NCBI GenBank assembly: GCA_964452145.1
Contig: CAYVLA010000016.1
Span: 1 to 41,600 of the forward strand
DNA from: Candidatus Hadarchaeota archaeon
GTDB lineage: Archaea > CAYQAE01 > CAYVLA01
Length of the DNA stretch: 41,600 nucleotides
Direction: 5' to 3'
Of the stretch, positions 18,373-26,891 are shown piece by piece. The notes beneath the pieces are model-generated. The model saw nothing but the letters and a program-made list of their open reading frames with translations. It searched no databases and was not told the origin of the DNA. Numbering within the stretch: position 1 is the stretch's first letter; the number at the start of each line of letters is the position of its first letter. Both the position numbers and the translations under genes were made by a program.

Positions 18373-19788
18373 ATGTACATGATCTTGGGCCATAATGACG
18401 TCACGGACAGGATAGCGTCCTACATCAAGAAGACCCTAAAGGAGGACGTGACGATAGTCCAGGAAGACGAGGAGAAGGCCCGCCAGCTTCGGGAAGCCGG
18501 CTACAGCGTTATCGCAGGGAAGCCCCGGAACATGACGACCCTGACGCGAGCACGGTTGAAAGATGAAGCGGATGTCGTCGTGGTCATGGGAGAATCATCC
18601 CGGGACACCCGGGATATCTGCGAGACCCTGAAGCGGGAGTATCCCGACAAGTTCCTGATCGCCATCGCCGAGATGGGCCCTGATGTGCCCCTCCTGAAGC
18701 GGTTGATGGTCGACAGGATCTACGTGGAGACCGAAGCAGCAGCGGACTTCATCTCCGAAGAGCTTGCCAAGATGCGTCCCCTGAACAAGCTGACCAAACT
18801 GAGGTCCATCCTAAGGTCGGGTGACGGCCGCCTGGCCGTGCTGATCCACGACAACCCCGACCCGGATGCGGTGTCAAGCGCGGCCGCTCTGGCCGAGCTC
18901 GCCAGGAAGGAGGGGATCGAGACCGAGATCATGTATGCCGGGGAGATAGGCAGGGACGAGAACCGAGCCCTGGTGAATCTCCTCGGGATCAAGCTGACCC
19001 GGGTGGATGTCATAACGAAGCACATCTTGAGGACCTTCAAGACCATCGCCTTGGTGGATGTCTCCAATCTGAGCTACGTAAGCGCCCTGACCGCGGACAG
19101 AACCCCCCAGATCATCATTGATCACCACCTACACGATAGAACACTGAATGCGGATTTCCTGGACCTGCGGACCTCGGCCGGATCAACGGCCGCGATCATG
19201 GCCCAGTACCTCCAGCTTGCCGGGATCACGCCGGACAAGAAGCTCGCGTCGGCGCTCCTGTACGGAATAATGACCGACACGGCCGAGTTCACCCGCGGAA
19301 TGAGCCCGGACGACATCATGGCCGTCAACCATCTCGTCCCGCTTTCCGATCAGGATCTCTTGGGAAAGGTCAAGTCGCCGAGCGTGTCCATGGAGACGGC
19401 CGATGCTCTGGCCGTGGCGATCCAGAACAGGGACTTCGTGCGGGATGTCCTGATCTCCACGGCTGGCGTGATCGGCAACCGAGACGCAATTCCGCAGGCC
19501 TGCGAGTACCTGCTGAAGCTTGAGGGAGTGTCCACAGCGTTCGTCTTCGCAATCGTGAACGAGAACATCATCATCAACGCAAGGACGAAGGATGTTCGGA
19601 TGAACGTGGCAGATGTGATGAAGAGGGCCTTCGGCGACCTTGGCTCAACCGGCGGTCATCCGACCTCAGCGGGCGCGACGGTGCCCCTGGGGGTGTTCAG
19701 CGGCACCCAAGATGACCAGCTGCTGATATCTATGGTGAAGGAAAGCGTAATGAGGAGACTTCTGCAGGCAATGCGGGTCGAGAAGTAG
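18373..19788 (+). CDS. TrkA_N (RCK) + DHH/DHHA1 phosphoesterase
   Basis: N-terminal Rossmann-like RCK domain; HDNPDPD, LVD, IDHH, YGIMTDT and GGH motifs. Confidence 0.9.
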   Translation: MYMILGHNDVTDRIASYIKKTLKEDVTIVQEDEEKARQLREAGYSVIAGKPRNMTTLTRARLKDEADVVVVMGESSRDTRDICETLKREYPDKFLIAIAEMGPDVPLLKRLMVDRIYVETEAAADFISEELAKMRPLNKLTKLRSILRSGDGRLAVLIHDNPDPDAVSSAAALAELARKEGIETEIMYAGEIGRDENRALVNLLGIKLTRVDVITKHILRTFKTIALVDVSNLSYVSALTADRTPQIIIDHHLHDRTLNADFLDLRTSAGSTAAIMAQYLQLAGITPDKKLASALLYGIMTDTAEFTRGMSPDDIMAVNHLVPLSDQDLLGKVKSPSVSMETADALAVAIQNRDFVRDVLISTAGVIGNRDAIPQACEYLLKLEGVSTAFVFAIVNENIIINARTKDVRMNVADVMKRAFGDLGSTGGHPTSAGATVPLGVFSGTQDDQLLISMVKESVMRRLLQAMRVEK

Positions 19789-19793
19789 CAGCA

Positions 19794-19994
19794 CTAGACC
19801 TTGGCAGCGGCAACGATCACGACATCCCCCACGGCCATGACCTTCTCGTAGGCAATACCGGACTTGCCCTTCAGGAGGATGGCTGAGACACGTCCCTCTC
19901 GAGCCTCGATCATAACGTTCTCTATCCGCCCTACATGATTGCCAGTGCTGCTGAAGACCTCCTTGTCGTACAGACTGGAGACGCGTATTGTCAA
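19794..19994 (-). CDS. PRC-barrel domain protein
   Basis: SSLYDKEVFSSTGNHVGRIENVMI...IAYEKVMAVGDVVIV; GAGGTGA ribosome-binding site before the TTG at 19994. Confidence 0.85.
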   Translation of the reverse strand: MTIRVSSLYDKEVFSSTGNHVGRIENVMIEAREGRVSAILLKGKSGIAYEKVMAVGDVVIVAAAKV

Positions 19995-20189
19995 AACCCT
20001 CACCTCTTGCAACGGTCGGCTTCAAATGCCTCTAGCGGCACCCGCGGGGTACGAATCTCGCTAGGACGCTTTCTTTCCCACTTTTGGCGGGACTCGCGCC
20101 CTCTTTGGGTTCCTCGGAAGCATTTTTAGCCTTTTTGGATTTAAGTCTTTCCGATTCGGCGACGCCAACAGATCCGACGGGGCTATTGA

Positions 20190-20765
20190 ATGAGACCTCT
20201 GGGCAGCAGGCCATTGCTCGGGAGCTTGGAGATGGGCCAGATCCTGCTATCGGCCCTGGTCCTAGGCCTGGCCTTCATGGTCCTCAACCGCCGCCTTGAC
20301 GCCATCCTCTTCGGCTCGGCCTTCGCCACAATAGGCATAGGCTTCATTGGGCATGAGTTGGCCCACAAGTTCATGGCTGTAAGATTCGGCTACTACGCGA
20401 GTTACCAGATATGGCCGATGGGGCTGGTGCTGGCTCTGGCATCGGCCTTTCTGGGCTTGCTCTTCGCGGCCCTTGGTGTAGTGAGGATCTACGGAATCGG
20501 AATGACGAGAAGCGAGGAGGGCGTCATATCGCTATCGGGACCCACCTTCAACATCGGTCTTGCGGTCGCATTCATGATGCTCGCGAAAGCCATCCCCGGC
20601 TACTCGGGTCTTCTGGGAATAGGGGCCTACGTCAACTCGTTCATCGCGCTCTTCAACTGTCTGCCGCTGGGCATTCTCGATGGGCAGAAGATCTTCAACT
20701 GGGACAAGGGGATTTGGCTGCTGGCCTTCGTGACCTCGGCAGCTCTCCTCGCGATGAACTTCTGA
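20190..20765 (+). CDS. Site-2 protease (peptidase M50) family membrane metalloprotease
   Basis: HELAH, GPTFN and FNCLPLGILDG motifs. Confidence 0.9.
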   Translation: MRPLGSRPLLGSLEMGQILLSALVLGLAFMVLNRRLDAILFGSAFATIGIGFIGHELAHKFMAVRFGYYASYQIWPMGLVLALASAFLGLLFAALGVVRIYGIGMTRSEEGVISLSGPTFNIGLAVAFMMLAKAIPGYSGLLGIGAYVNSFIALFNCLPLGILDGQKIFNWDKGIWLLAFVTSAALLAMNF

Positions 20766-20791
20766 CTCCGCTTGCCGGGTAGTGCGGGACA

Positions 20792-20901
20792 TGGAGGGGG
20801 TGGGACTTGAACCCACGAAGGCTTGTGCCGTCCTTGGACGCCGACGTCTGCACCACGAGATCTTGAGTCTCGCCCGTTTGACCAGTCTCCGGAACCCCTC
20901 C
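20792..20901 (-). tRNA. tRNA-Leu(CAA) with a 25-nt intron in the variable arm
   Basis: Acceptor stem GGAGGGG/CCCCTCC plus discriminator A; D arm CCG-GAGACTGGTCAAA-CGG; anticodon stem CGAGA/TCTCG with loop CT-CAA-GA (anticodon 20865-20863); T arm GTGGG-TTCAAGT-CCCAC; 39-nt variable region; CCA not encoded. Confidence 0.95.
20823..20847 (-). other. tRNA intron (bulge-helix-bulge type)
   Basis: GTGC/GCAC 4-bp helix with 3-nt bulges AGA and AAG and inner helix CGTC/GACG. Cutting after bulge nucleotide 2 removes ACGTCGGCGTCCAAGGACGGCACAA and leaves the 14-nt arm TGGTGCAGGCCTTC (85-nt tRNA). Confidence 0.85.
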
Positions 20902-20928
20902 GAGCATGTTTGCCTTCAAGGACGGGCA

Positions 20929-20941
20929 GATATATGCTTTG
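20929..20941 (-). promoter_or_regulatory. Putative BRE-TATA promoter of the tRNA gene
   Basis: CAAAGCATATATC about 28-40 nt upstream of tRNA position 1. Confidence 0.6.
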
Positions 20942-21050
20942 CCCTGTGGCATGTGGCCTTGCGGTGGAGTAGGAATGCATGAGCGGACGAGAATCCAGCC
21001 TTCATCCGTGCGTCCGCTCCAGGCCACCGTTAAAGCAAATCAGACAGGCG

Positions 21051-21812
21051 CTAGCCTGGTTGGGGTCGCTTGATGTACACCGTTATGTTGCTCGGCGGAT
21101 ACGGCAGAACCGAGATAAGGCGCAGCTCAACCTGCTCGTAGAAACCCACGCGGACTCTCTCCTCGAGCTTCTTCACCATATCCTGTGATGTCATCTCCGC
21201 GACCACCGTCACGTACCCAGGGGCATCGTAGTTGATGACGGTGACGTGGACCGCAGCTTCCAGTTGGGTCTGATTTTCGTCCAGCCAGGTGAGAGAGTCG
21301 TAGTAAACGTTGCAGACTTCTACATCCATTTCCTCGGTTCTGGGAGTAACCACGGCCTCCGAGAGCGCTCTCTTGGTGTACCAGCTAATGTTCACCGGCC
21401 TAACAGCTAACTTTCCGTGAAACTCCAGAGGAAGCTGGACATTCCCGTCTATGGTGACGAGCTTCTCCACGGTTACGGAGATGTTCTCCGATTCGGAGGC
21501 ATCGCCCGCAGATGCGGTTATGACTACGGTTATGCGTCCGGCGCCGCCGTAGTTTATCGCATCGCACCTGACGGTCAGATCCGGATCCGTGAGCGAATCG
21601 CCGGGGGGTCCGCTCCAGGTCCATTCTATGTTTGTCACCTCGACATCCAGGGCCTTGTAGACTTTGCCCTCGTCACCCCCAGCATCTTGCGGGTTCTGGT
21701 CACCGTCGGGGTTCCCGTCCGCTTCCTCAGCCCCTTCTTCCATGCAGCCCATTATTGAAGCTGCCATTATGAGGGCAAGGAGCACCGCGGTCATGCGATG
21801 CGAATAACGCAA
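21051..21812 (-). CDS. Putative lipoprotein with two tandem beta-sandwich-like repeats
   Basis: Hydrophobic signal ending IMGC followed by an acidic linker; duplicated DVEVxN...INY..G..TVV...PxNI..YxKR. Confidence 0.75.
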   Translation of the reverse strand: MRYSHRMTAVLLALIMAASIMGCMEEGAEEADGNPDGDQNPQDAGGDEGKVYKALDVEVTNIEWTWSGPPGDSLTDPDLTVRCDAINYGGAGRITVVITASAGDASESENISVTVEKLVTIDGNVQLPLEFHGKLAVRPVNISWYTKRALSEAVVTPRTEEMDVEVCNVYYDSLTWLDENQTQLEAAVHVTVINYDAPGYVTVVAEMTSQDMVKKLEERVRVGFYEQVELRLISVLPYPPSNITVYIKRPQPG

Positions 21813-21867
21813 AACATATCACTTCTTTGGACTTTTGTTCAATCAGATATTCCCTGTCTTGTGATGT

Positions 21868-21881
21868 CTTAATATATTTCG
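21868..21881 (-). promoter_or_regulatory. Putative BRE-TATA promoter
   Basis: CGAAATATATTAAG upstream of the lipoprotein gene. Confidence 0.55.
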
Positions 21882-22052
21882 GGGATAGATGGGGCATATC
21901 GTGCGATTCTCCGCAACCATGATTCCAGCTCTAGTCATTGGCCCAGAGAAACGGGCGTTGATAACACCGATCGCCTTCTGGCTCCTTCGCGCATCCGGAC
22001 CGACAGACTATCTGACGAAGGAAAAACAAAGATAAACCCACCTTCGCCCACG

Positions 22053-22748
22053 TTGCGAGATCGGATGAGGAGATTTGGCATAGAGTGGCTAGCGCTCAAG
22101 AAGCACCGCAAGATCTACGAGGATCTTTCCGAGCACGTGAGCAAGACCTTGGAGGCCGTCGACCAGCTTCGCACAGGCGTCCGCTGCTTGCGTGACAAGA
22201 GCTACGGTCCCATGGAGGAGATCGTTTCCAAGGTCTTGAGGCTGGAGCGGGAGACCGACGTCATCGCCAGGCGCGCCATGGAGGACCTGGCCGTGTCCGT
22301 TCTGAACCCCGTGGACAGGGGGGATCTCATGAATCTGGTCTTCCAAGCTGAGAAGGTTGCCGCAAGTGCAGAAGGCTTTGCATATCGGTTGGAGAGGGCC
22401 AGAACGTTGGAGATCGAGGTCCCAGCCCAGGTCGGCGAGAGGCTCGAGGAGATCACCGACACGGTTGCCCTGACCGTCAGCACTTTGAGAGACAGCGTCA
22501 AGGAGCTAGTCTCAACTCTTGAGGGATCCGCCTGCATGGGCAACAGGGTCTCGGAACTTGAGGAGGAGGTGGATGTGCAGCAGAGGAGGCTGTTGGAGAT
22601 ACTGGGACTCGCATTCAGGGGGACGGGGGACTTCATCTCCTACGGGGTCCTATCTGAGATCGTCGGCTCCCTGGAGGCCATGGCGGACGACTGTGAGGAC
22701 ACGGCCGACCTCATCAGGATCCTCTGCATCAAGCACAGCGCTGGCTAG
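22053..22748 (+). CDS. DUF47 / PhoU-like putative phosphate transport regulator
   Basis: LERETD, PVDRGDLMNL, LEEEVD and LEAMADDCEDTAD motifs; all-helical; start at TTG 22053 or ATG 22065. Confidence 0.88.
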   Translation: MRDRMRRFGIEWLALKKHRKIYEDLSEHVSKTLEAVDQLRTGVRCLRDKSYGPMEEIVSKVLRLERETDVIARRAMEDLAVSVLNPVDRGDLMNLVFQAEKVAASAEGFAYRLERARTLEIEVPAQVGERLEEITDTVALTVSTLRDSVKELVSTLEGSACMGNRVSELEEEVDVQQRRLLEILGLAFRGTGDFISYGVLSEIVGSLEAMADDCEDTADLIRILCIKHSAG

Positions 22749-22782
22749 GGCGGACGTCGCAACGGTTCAAAGCGATCAGGGG

Positions 22783-22796
22783 GGAACTTTATAAAA
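22783..22796 (+). promoter_or_regulatory. Putative TATA box
   Basis: GGAACTTTATAAAA upstream of 22851. Confidence 0.55.
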
Positions 22797-22850
22797 ACGT
22801 GGGGCAAACAGGCATGGCGGGCCTCCCGGGCCCGGAAATAGGGTGGTTCA

Positions 22851-23285
22851 TTGGGTTTCCTTTCCCGTTCAAGAACGGAGAGCATAGGCCCGGCCATGGT
22901 CTCGATTCACGAGCGTGCCGATAACATCTCCCAGAGGGTCGACGCACTGGAGGAACGGTTGAAAGGACTGTCCTCCCGGCTGGATGCCCTGGACAATGGC
23001 CTCAAGCAGATGCCCAACGGCAGCGACTACCGCCTTTTGGCCTCCGAGATAGCCCGACTTGAGGCCGAGCTTGAGAGGATGGATGCCAAGTACAGGGAGG
23101 GAATGCTGGCCCTTTACACCCAGATTCACAAGGAGGTCAAATCGATCAAGGGCGACCATATCATCGAACTACTCGATATGGAACCTGTCACAAAGGAGAA
23201 GCTCGAGAAGGCCTCTGATACTCTGAGCGAACTTGCGAAGACCTGGCGGAAGAGGAGGGCTCAGCCGGCCCCCGAGCAGAAGTAG
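22851..23285 (+). CDS. Hypothetical coiled-coil protein
   Basis: 144 aa with heptad pattern; GGTGG before the TTG; upstream TATA box. Confidence 0.7.
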   Translation: MGFLSRSRTESIGPAMVSIHERADNISQRVDALEERLKGLSSRLDALDNGLKQMPNGSDYRLLASEIARLEAELERMDAKYREGMLALYTQIHKEVKSIKGDHIIELLDMEPVTKEKLEKASDTLSELAKTWRKRRAQPAPEQK

Positions 23286-23314
23286 GCTCCGGTGTCTCGC
23301 GGTTCAGCGACGGA

Positions 23315-24052
23315 ATGGGCCATTTGCGCGTCGTTCTCGGGAACATCTCGGGCCGGGAAGCGGTGACGATCTATCCCTCCATAGTGACAGATGAGACTAG
23401 GATAGTCGCGTACCACACCGGGGCAGGTGAAACGGCTCGAGTCCTGTCAGATGTCAAGAACGAGAAGGCCGAGATCTTCGCCGTCCTCTCGGGAGCGGGT
23501 CACCTTGTGACATCGATCACATCGACCCGCGACCACTGGGGATCCTCCGTTGCCCTACAAGCGCACGATGCGCTGTTTGAATGGATCTGCTCCCAGTTCT
23601 CCCCCAGGAGGATCGGGGTGCTCTGCCAGAGCATGGGGGGCCTGTCAGCGTACAACTGGTGCTGCAGGCACGTCAGTGACGTGGTCGGGGTCTATGGCAT
23701 CTACCCGGTTACGAATCTGGCATCCATGCTGAGGGGATCGCTCTTGCCGGTAATCTCGGCGGTATACAGCAGGCAAGGGATAGACCTGAGTCAGGATCTG
23801 GCTCTCTATGACCCGATACGCCAGGTAGGTCGCCTAGCACATAAACGGATCCCCGCAATGCACCGGCACGGAGACGCGGACCAGCTTGTACAGTACGGGC
23901 CAAATGCGCTTGAATTCGCGGAGGTATACAGGAAGCATGGAGGCAGATTCGAACTTGTCACGGTTCCCGGCCTCGGTCATCAGGTGGATCCCGCATTCTT
24001 TAACGCCGTTGAGGTCCTGAGATTCATGAATTCCCTGAGTTGGGGCAGGTAG
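23315..24052 (+). CDS. Alpha/beta hydrolase (S9-like C-terminal domain)
   Basis: CQSMGG nucleophile elbow, HGDADQLV (Asp) and PGLGH (His). Confidence 0.8.
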   Translation: MGHLRVVLGNISGREAVTIYPSIVTDETRIVAYHTGAGETARVLSDVKNEKAEIFAVLSGAGHLVTSITSTRDHWGSSVALQAHDALFEWICSQFSPRRIGVLCQSMGGLSAYNWCCRHVSDVVGVYGIYPVTNLASMLRGSLLPVISAVYSRQGIDLSQDLALYDPIRQVGRLAHKRIPAMHRHGDADQLVQYGPNALEFAEVYRKHGGRFELVTVPGLGHQVDPAFFNAVEVLRFMNSLSWGR

Positions 24053-24062
24053 GCCGCGCCCG

Positions 24063-25484
24063 CTACAGTCGGAGCCGCGTCTTGAGGAATCTTTCCTCGG
24101 TGCGGACGGATGCGAGGAGTTCGACGTATTTCCCATGGAGCCGAAGGGCGATGTCATTGTCATTCTCGATCAGATTCCGGTTCTGGCCAGGGTCGGCTAA
24201 GAGGTCGTAGAGTTCGGGCTCCTTTCCCGGCATGAATGCCTCCTCGCTCCGGTGCACGCTGTCCACCAGCGACGTTCCCTGTGTGACCTGGCCGGTAGCC
24301 ACGCCTCCGTAGATCAGGGCCCACCTGCCGTCCGTTATGGTGCTCCTCCGGCCCGAGGATGCGTCCTGGGTTATCGCCCACGATGATACCGCCACATCTC
24401 TGACTGCGCCGACCTCGCCCTTGATCAAGGGGAGAAGGGATCTCCCGTGCATCGTGCCCGGGTCGCTTGACCCGGAGAGGTCGACGATGGTAGGCATGAT
24501 ATCCGTGGGTTGGACCAGGCCTTCGATCCTACCCGGCTCCCGACCCGGTATGCGCACGATGAGAGGTATCCTCGCTAGTTCCGAGTATAGTGGCGTTGCC
24601 TCCAATACTCCTCCCTTGATGATGCACTTGCCAATGAGGGCGTGCTCTCCCAGATAGAAGCCGTGGTCGGTCGTGAAGATAACGGTGGTATCCTCCGCCA
24701 AGCCAAGATCCTCCAGCCTCATCACAAGCTTCCCGATCCATCTGTCCACCATGGTGGCCTCGGCGGCATACAGGGCCCGCATGTGTCTGAGCTCGTCCCT
24801 CGTCATGTAGTCGTCACGACCATAGGCCGGGTAGATGACCTCCTCTCCGTCGTAGCCCGGGTCGTAGAGGTCCACGTACCAGCGAGGCGGGTCCCAGGGT
24901 TCGTGTGGGTCAAAGGTATCCACATAGAGCAGGAAAGGCTTGTTCCCGCGATTCCGCTCGAGCCACCGGCAAGCCCTAGCCATGGTCTGCGGGGCGAAGT
25001 AGTCGGCCTCGCTGGATCTGTGCGAGACATTGCGGAGATACTGCACGACGGTGTCATATGGGCTCCTGAGCTTTTCCGGCGAACAAGGAAGCCTGACCTC
25101 GGCGGGGTCGGTTGCGAAGCGGTCGTTTTCCTGTCCCCTGATCCAGTCCCAGCCCGAGAAACCTCTCTGGAAGTTGTAGCCATCTCTTAGTATGTGGGGA
25201 GTATCGGCGATCAACATGGTGGTGTACCCCGCCGTCCCGAGAACCTCTGAAAGGACGACCTCATTTCTGGGCAACGGCGACCAGTCGTAGTATGTGAATA
25301 CGTACCTGCCCGTGAAGAGTTCGGCCCTGTTGGGAACCGTGGGGAAGGATCCGCAATAGGCGTTATCGAACACCAACGACTGGCGCGCGAGGGCATCGAT
25401 GTTGGGTGTCTTGATCCAGTCGTTTCCATAGCAGCCGAGATGGTCCCGCCGATAGGTGTCCGATACGATGATCAGGAAGTTCAT
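24063..25484 (-). CDS. Sulfatase-family (alkaline phosphatase superfamily) hydrolase with Thr at the formylglycine position
   Basis: NFLIIVSDT, TPNID, SFPTVPNRAELFTG, FDPHEPWDPP, TTDHG.YLGEH and ELYDL..DP motifs; start at MNFL (25484). Confidence 0.92.
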   Translation of the reverse strand: MNFLIIVSDTYRRDHLGCYGNDWIKTPNIDALARQSLVFDNAYCGSFPTVPNRAELFTGRYVFTYYDWSPLPRNEVVLSEVLGTAGYTTMLIADTPHILRDGYNFQRGFSGWDWIRGQENDRFATDPAEVRLPCSPEKLRSPYDTVVQYLRNVSHRSSEADYFAPQTMARACRWLERNRGNKPFLLYVDTFDPHEPWDPPRWYVDLYDPGYDGEEVIYPAYGRDDYMTRDELRHMRALYAAEATMVDRWIGKLVMRLEDLGLAEDTTVIFTTDHGFYLGEHALIGKCIIKGGVLEATPLYSELARIPLIVRIPGREPGRIEGLVQPTDIMPTIVDLSGSSDPGTMHGRSLLPLIKGEVGAVRDVAVSSWAITQDASSGRRSTITDGRWALIYGGVATGQVTQGTSLVDSVHRSEEAFMPGKEPELYDLLADPGQNRNLIENDNDIALRLHGKYVELLASVRTEERFLKTRLRL

Positions 25485-25552
25485 GCTCTGACCTGCCCGA
25501 ACGGGACGGAAGGCGCTCATATCTGTTCCGGTCATGGCCGGTTGGTTCCTTT

Positions 25553-26794
25553 CTAGGACTCGAACCTTGTCGTACGGACCTCTCTGTAGAGCCTCCGGCG
25601 GATCATGAGGGACCACAACACAACGCCCACGATGGTTGAGGTGCCCGCCACCGTAAGCCACTCGACAACGTGGACCCAGAGCAAAGCCCTATCCTTGGCC
25701 CTGATCGCATCCCCCATCACTCCCGCAAGGGATGATAGGGCTTCCTGCATGGCTGGCAAGCATTCATCGAATTCCTCGCCGATCCACAGCTCGTCGACTC
25801 TCCGCCTCAGATCCTCCGTTTTCACCAGCTCCTGGTTCAACACATGGGTGTTGGCGCCGAAGGTGTCGGCGAAATCGATCAAGGAAAGCAGCATGCCTTT
25901 CTCCAAGGCATACTGGCTTATCTGGAGCCTTAGTGTGTGCGTGATCGACACATCGGGAGGTATGGCAGCCCTAGCGACGAAGTACGCCAGTCTGGAGATG
26001 AAGTCCTTCCAGTATTCCCAATGGTAGAACCCGACAACTCCGTTTCCACCCCAGTCCCAGATGAATGCCAGCGTTCTCCCCTGGCCTATATTCCAGCAAA
26101 CGAGGACGGGGTCGTTCTTGGGATCGGACGCCACGGTCTCATCCGTAGTCACCGCGAGCACGGCGGCACCGTCCTTAGGCTGGGGTCTGTTGTGAGACCA
26201 GATCAGCGGCATCTTCCTGAAATCTATGCCGTCCGTGATGGGATTCATCACGTAAGGGAGGATCCTGAAGTTGTGGTCCCGCCATTCATCATGGCCTATC
26301 TGATAGACGGGCAGGACCGAACCCACAGGGGTATCGTCCCAAGGAGGCCCCGTAGTCCATACGGTGACGGCCCCCCCGAACGATGTCGGATCATCTGACA
26401 TCAGGAGGCCGAATCCGTGTTCCTCGACCGCCTTCTTCGCCCACGCCTGGAACTCGTGTTTGAGGTCATCCGAACGTATTGCGGTTATGATGAGCACATC
26501 GTAGTTGTCAAGCAGGCTGGACTCAGATCTGGGCAGGTAGAGACGAAGCCATCTCTGCATCTCCGCACGCCCCCATGCGGGGTTCTGGTACCCTATCTCC
26601 GCCTCGATTCTAGTCAGGTGGATCTTCGGGTCTTCAATGAACGCCATCGTGGGATAGCCCGGCTTCAGGTAAGGGTCACCTATGAACAGCGTCCTTATCC
26701 TGCCCGTCTGCGGATCTACCTTCGGCGGGGAAGCTGCGAGACAGAGTTGGGTAAGCAGGCAGAGGACAACAGCGCAAGCCAGCATCCTGAGCAA
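25553..26794 (-). CDS. Secreted, membrane-anchored class I GATase-like protein, paralog of 9126..10349
   Basis: DPQTGRIR.LFIGD, YLPRS, WDDTPVGSVLPV, WNIGQGRTLA, then C-terminal TM + RRRLYREV..TR. Confidence 0.75.
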   Translation of the reverse strand: MLRMLACAVVLCLLTQLCLAASPPKVDPQTGRIRTLFIGDPYLKPGYPTMAFIEDPKIHLTRIEAEIGYQNPAWGRAEMQRWLRLYLPRSESSLLDNYDVLIITAIRSDDLKHEFQAWAKKAVEEHGFGLLMSDDPTSFGGAVTVWTTGPPWDDTPVGSVLPVYQIGHDEWRDHNFRILPYVMNPITDGIDFRKMPLIWSHNRPQPKDGAAVLAVTTDETVASDPKNDPVLVCWNIGQGRTLAFIWDWGGNGVVGFYHWEYWKDFISRLAYFVARAAIPPDVSITHTLRLQISQYALEKGMLLSLIDFADTFGANTHVLNQELVKTEDLRRRVDELWIGEEFDECLPAMQEALSSLAGVMGDAIRAKDRALLWVHVVEWLTVAGTSTIVGVVLWSLMIRRRLYREVRTTRFES

Positions 26795-26825
26795 GGGACG
26801 GACCCGGTTTCGCTGAACGTGACGC

Positions 26826-26840
26826 GATAATAAGCTTTCG
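26826..26840 (-). promoter_or_regulatory. Putative BRE-TATA promoter
   Basis: CGAAAGCTTATTATC about 32 nt upstream of 26794. Confidence 0.55.
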
Positions 26841-26891
26841 TGAAGGACCGGGAAGGCTGATGGCCTCGCCGAAGACGGGAGCGTGGCTCGA

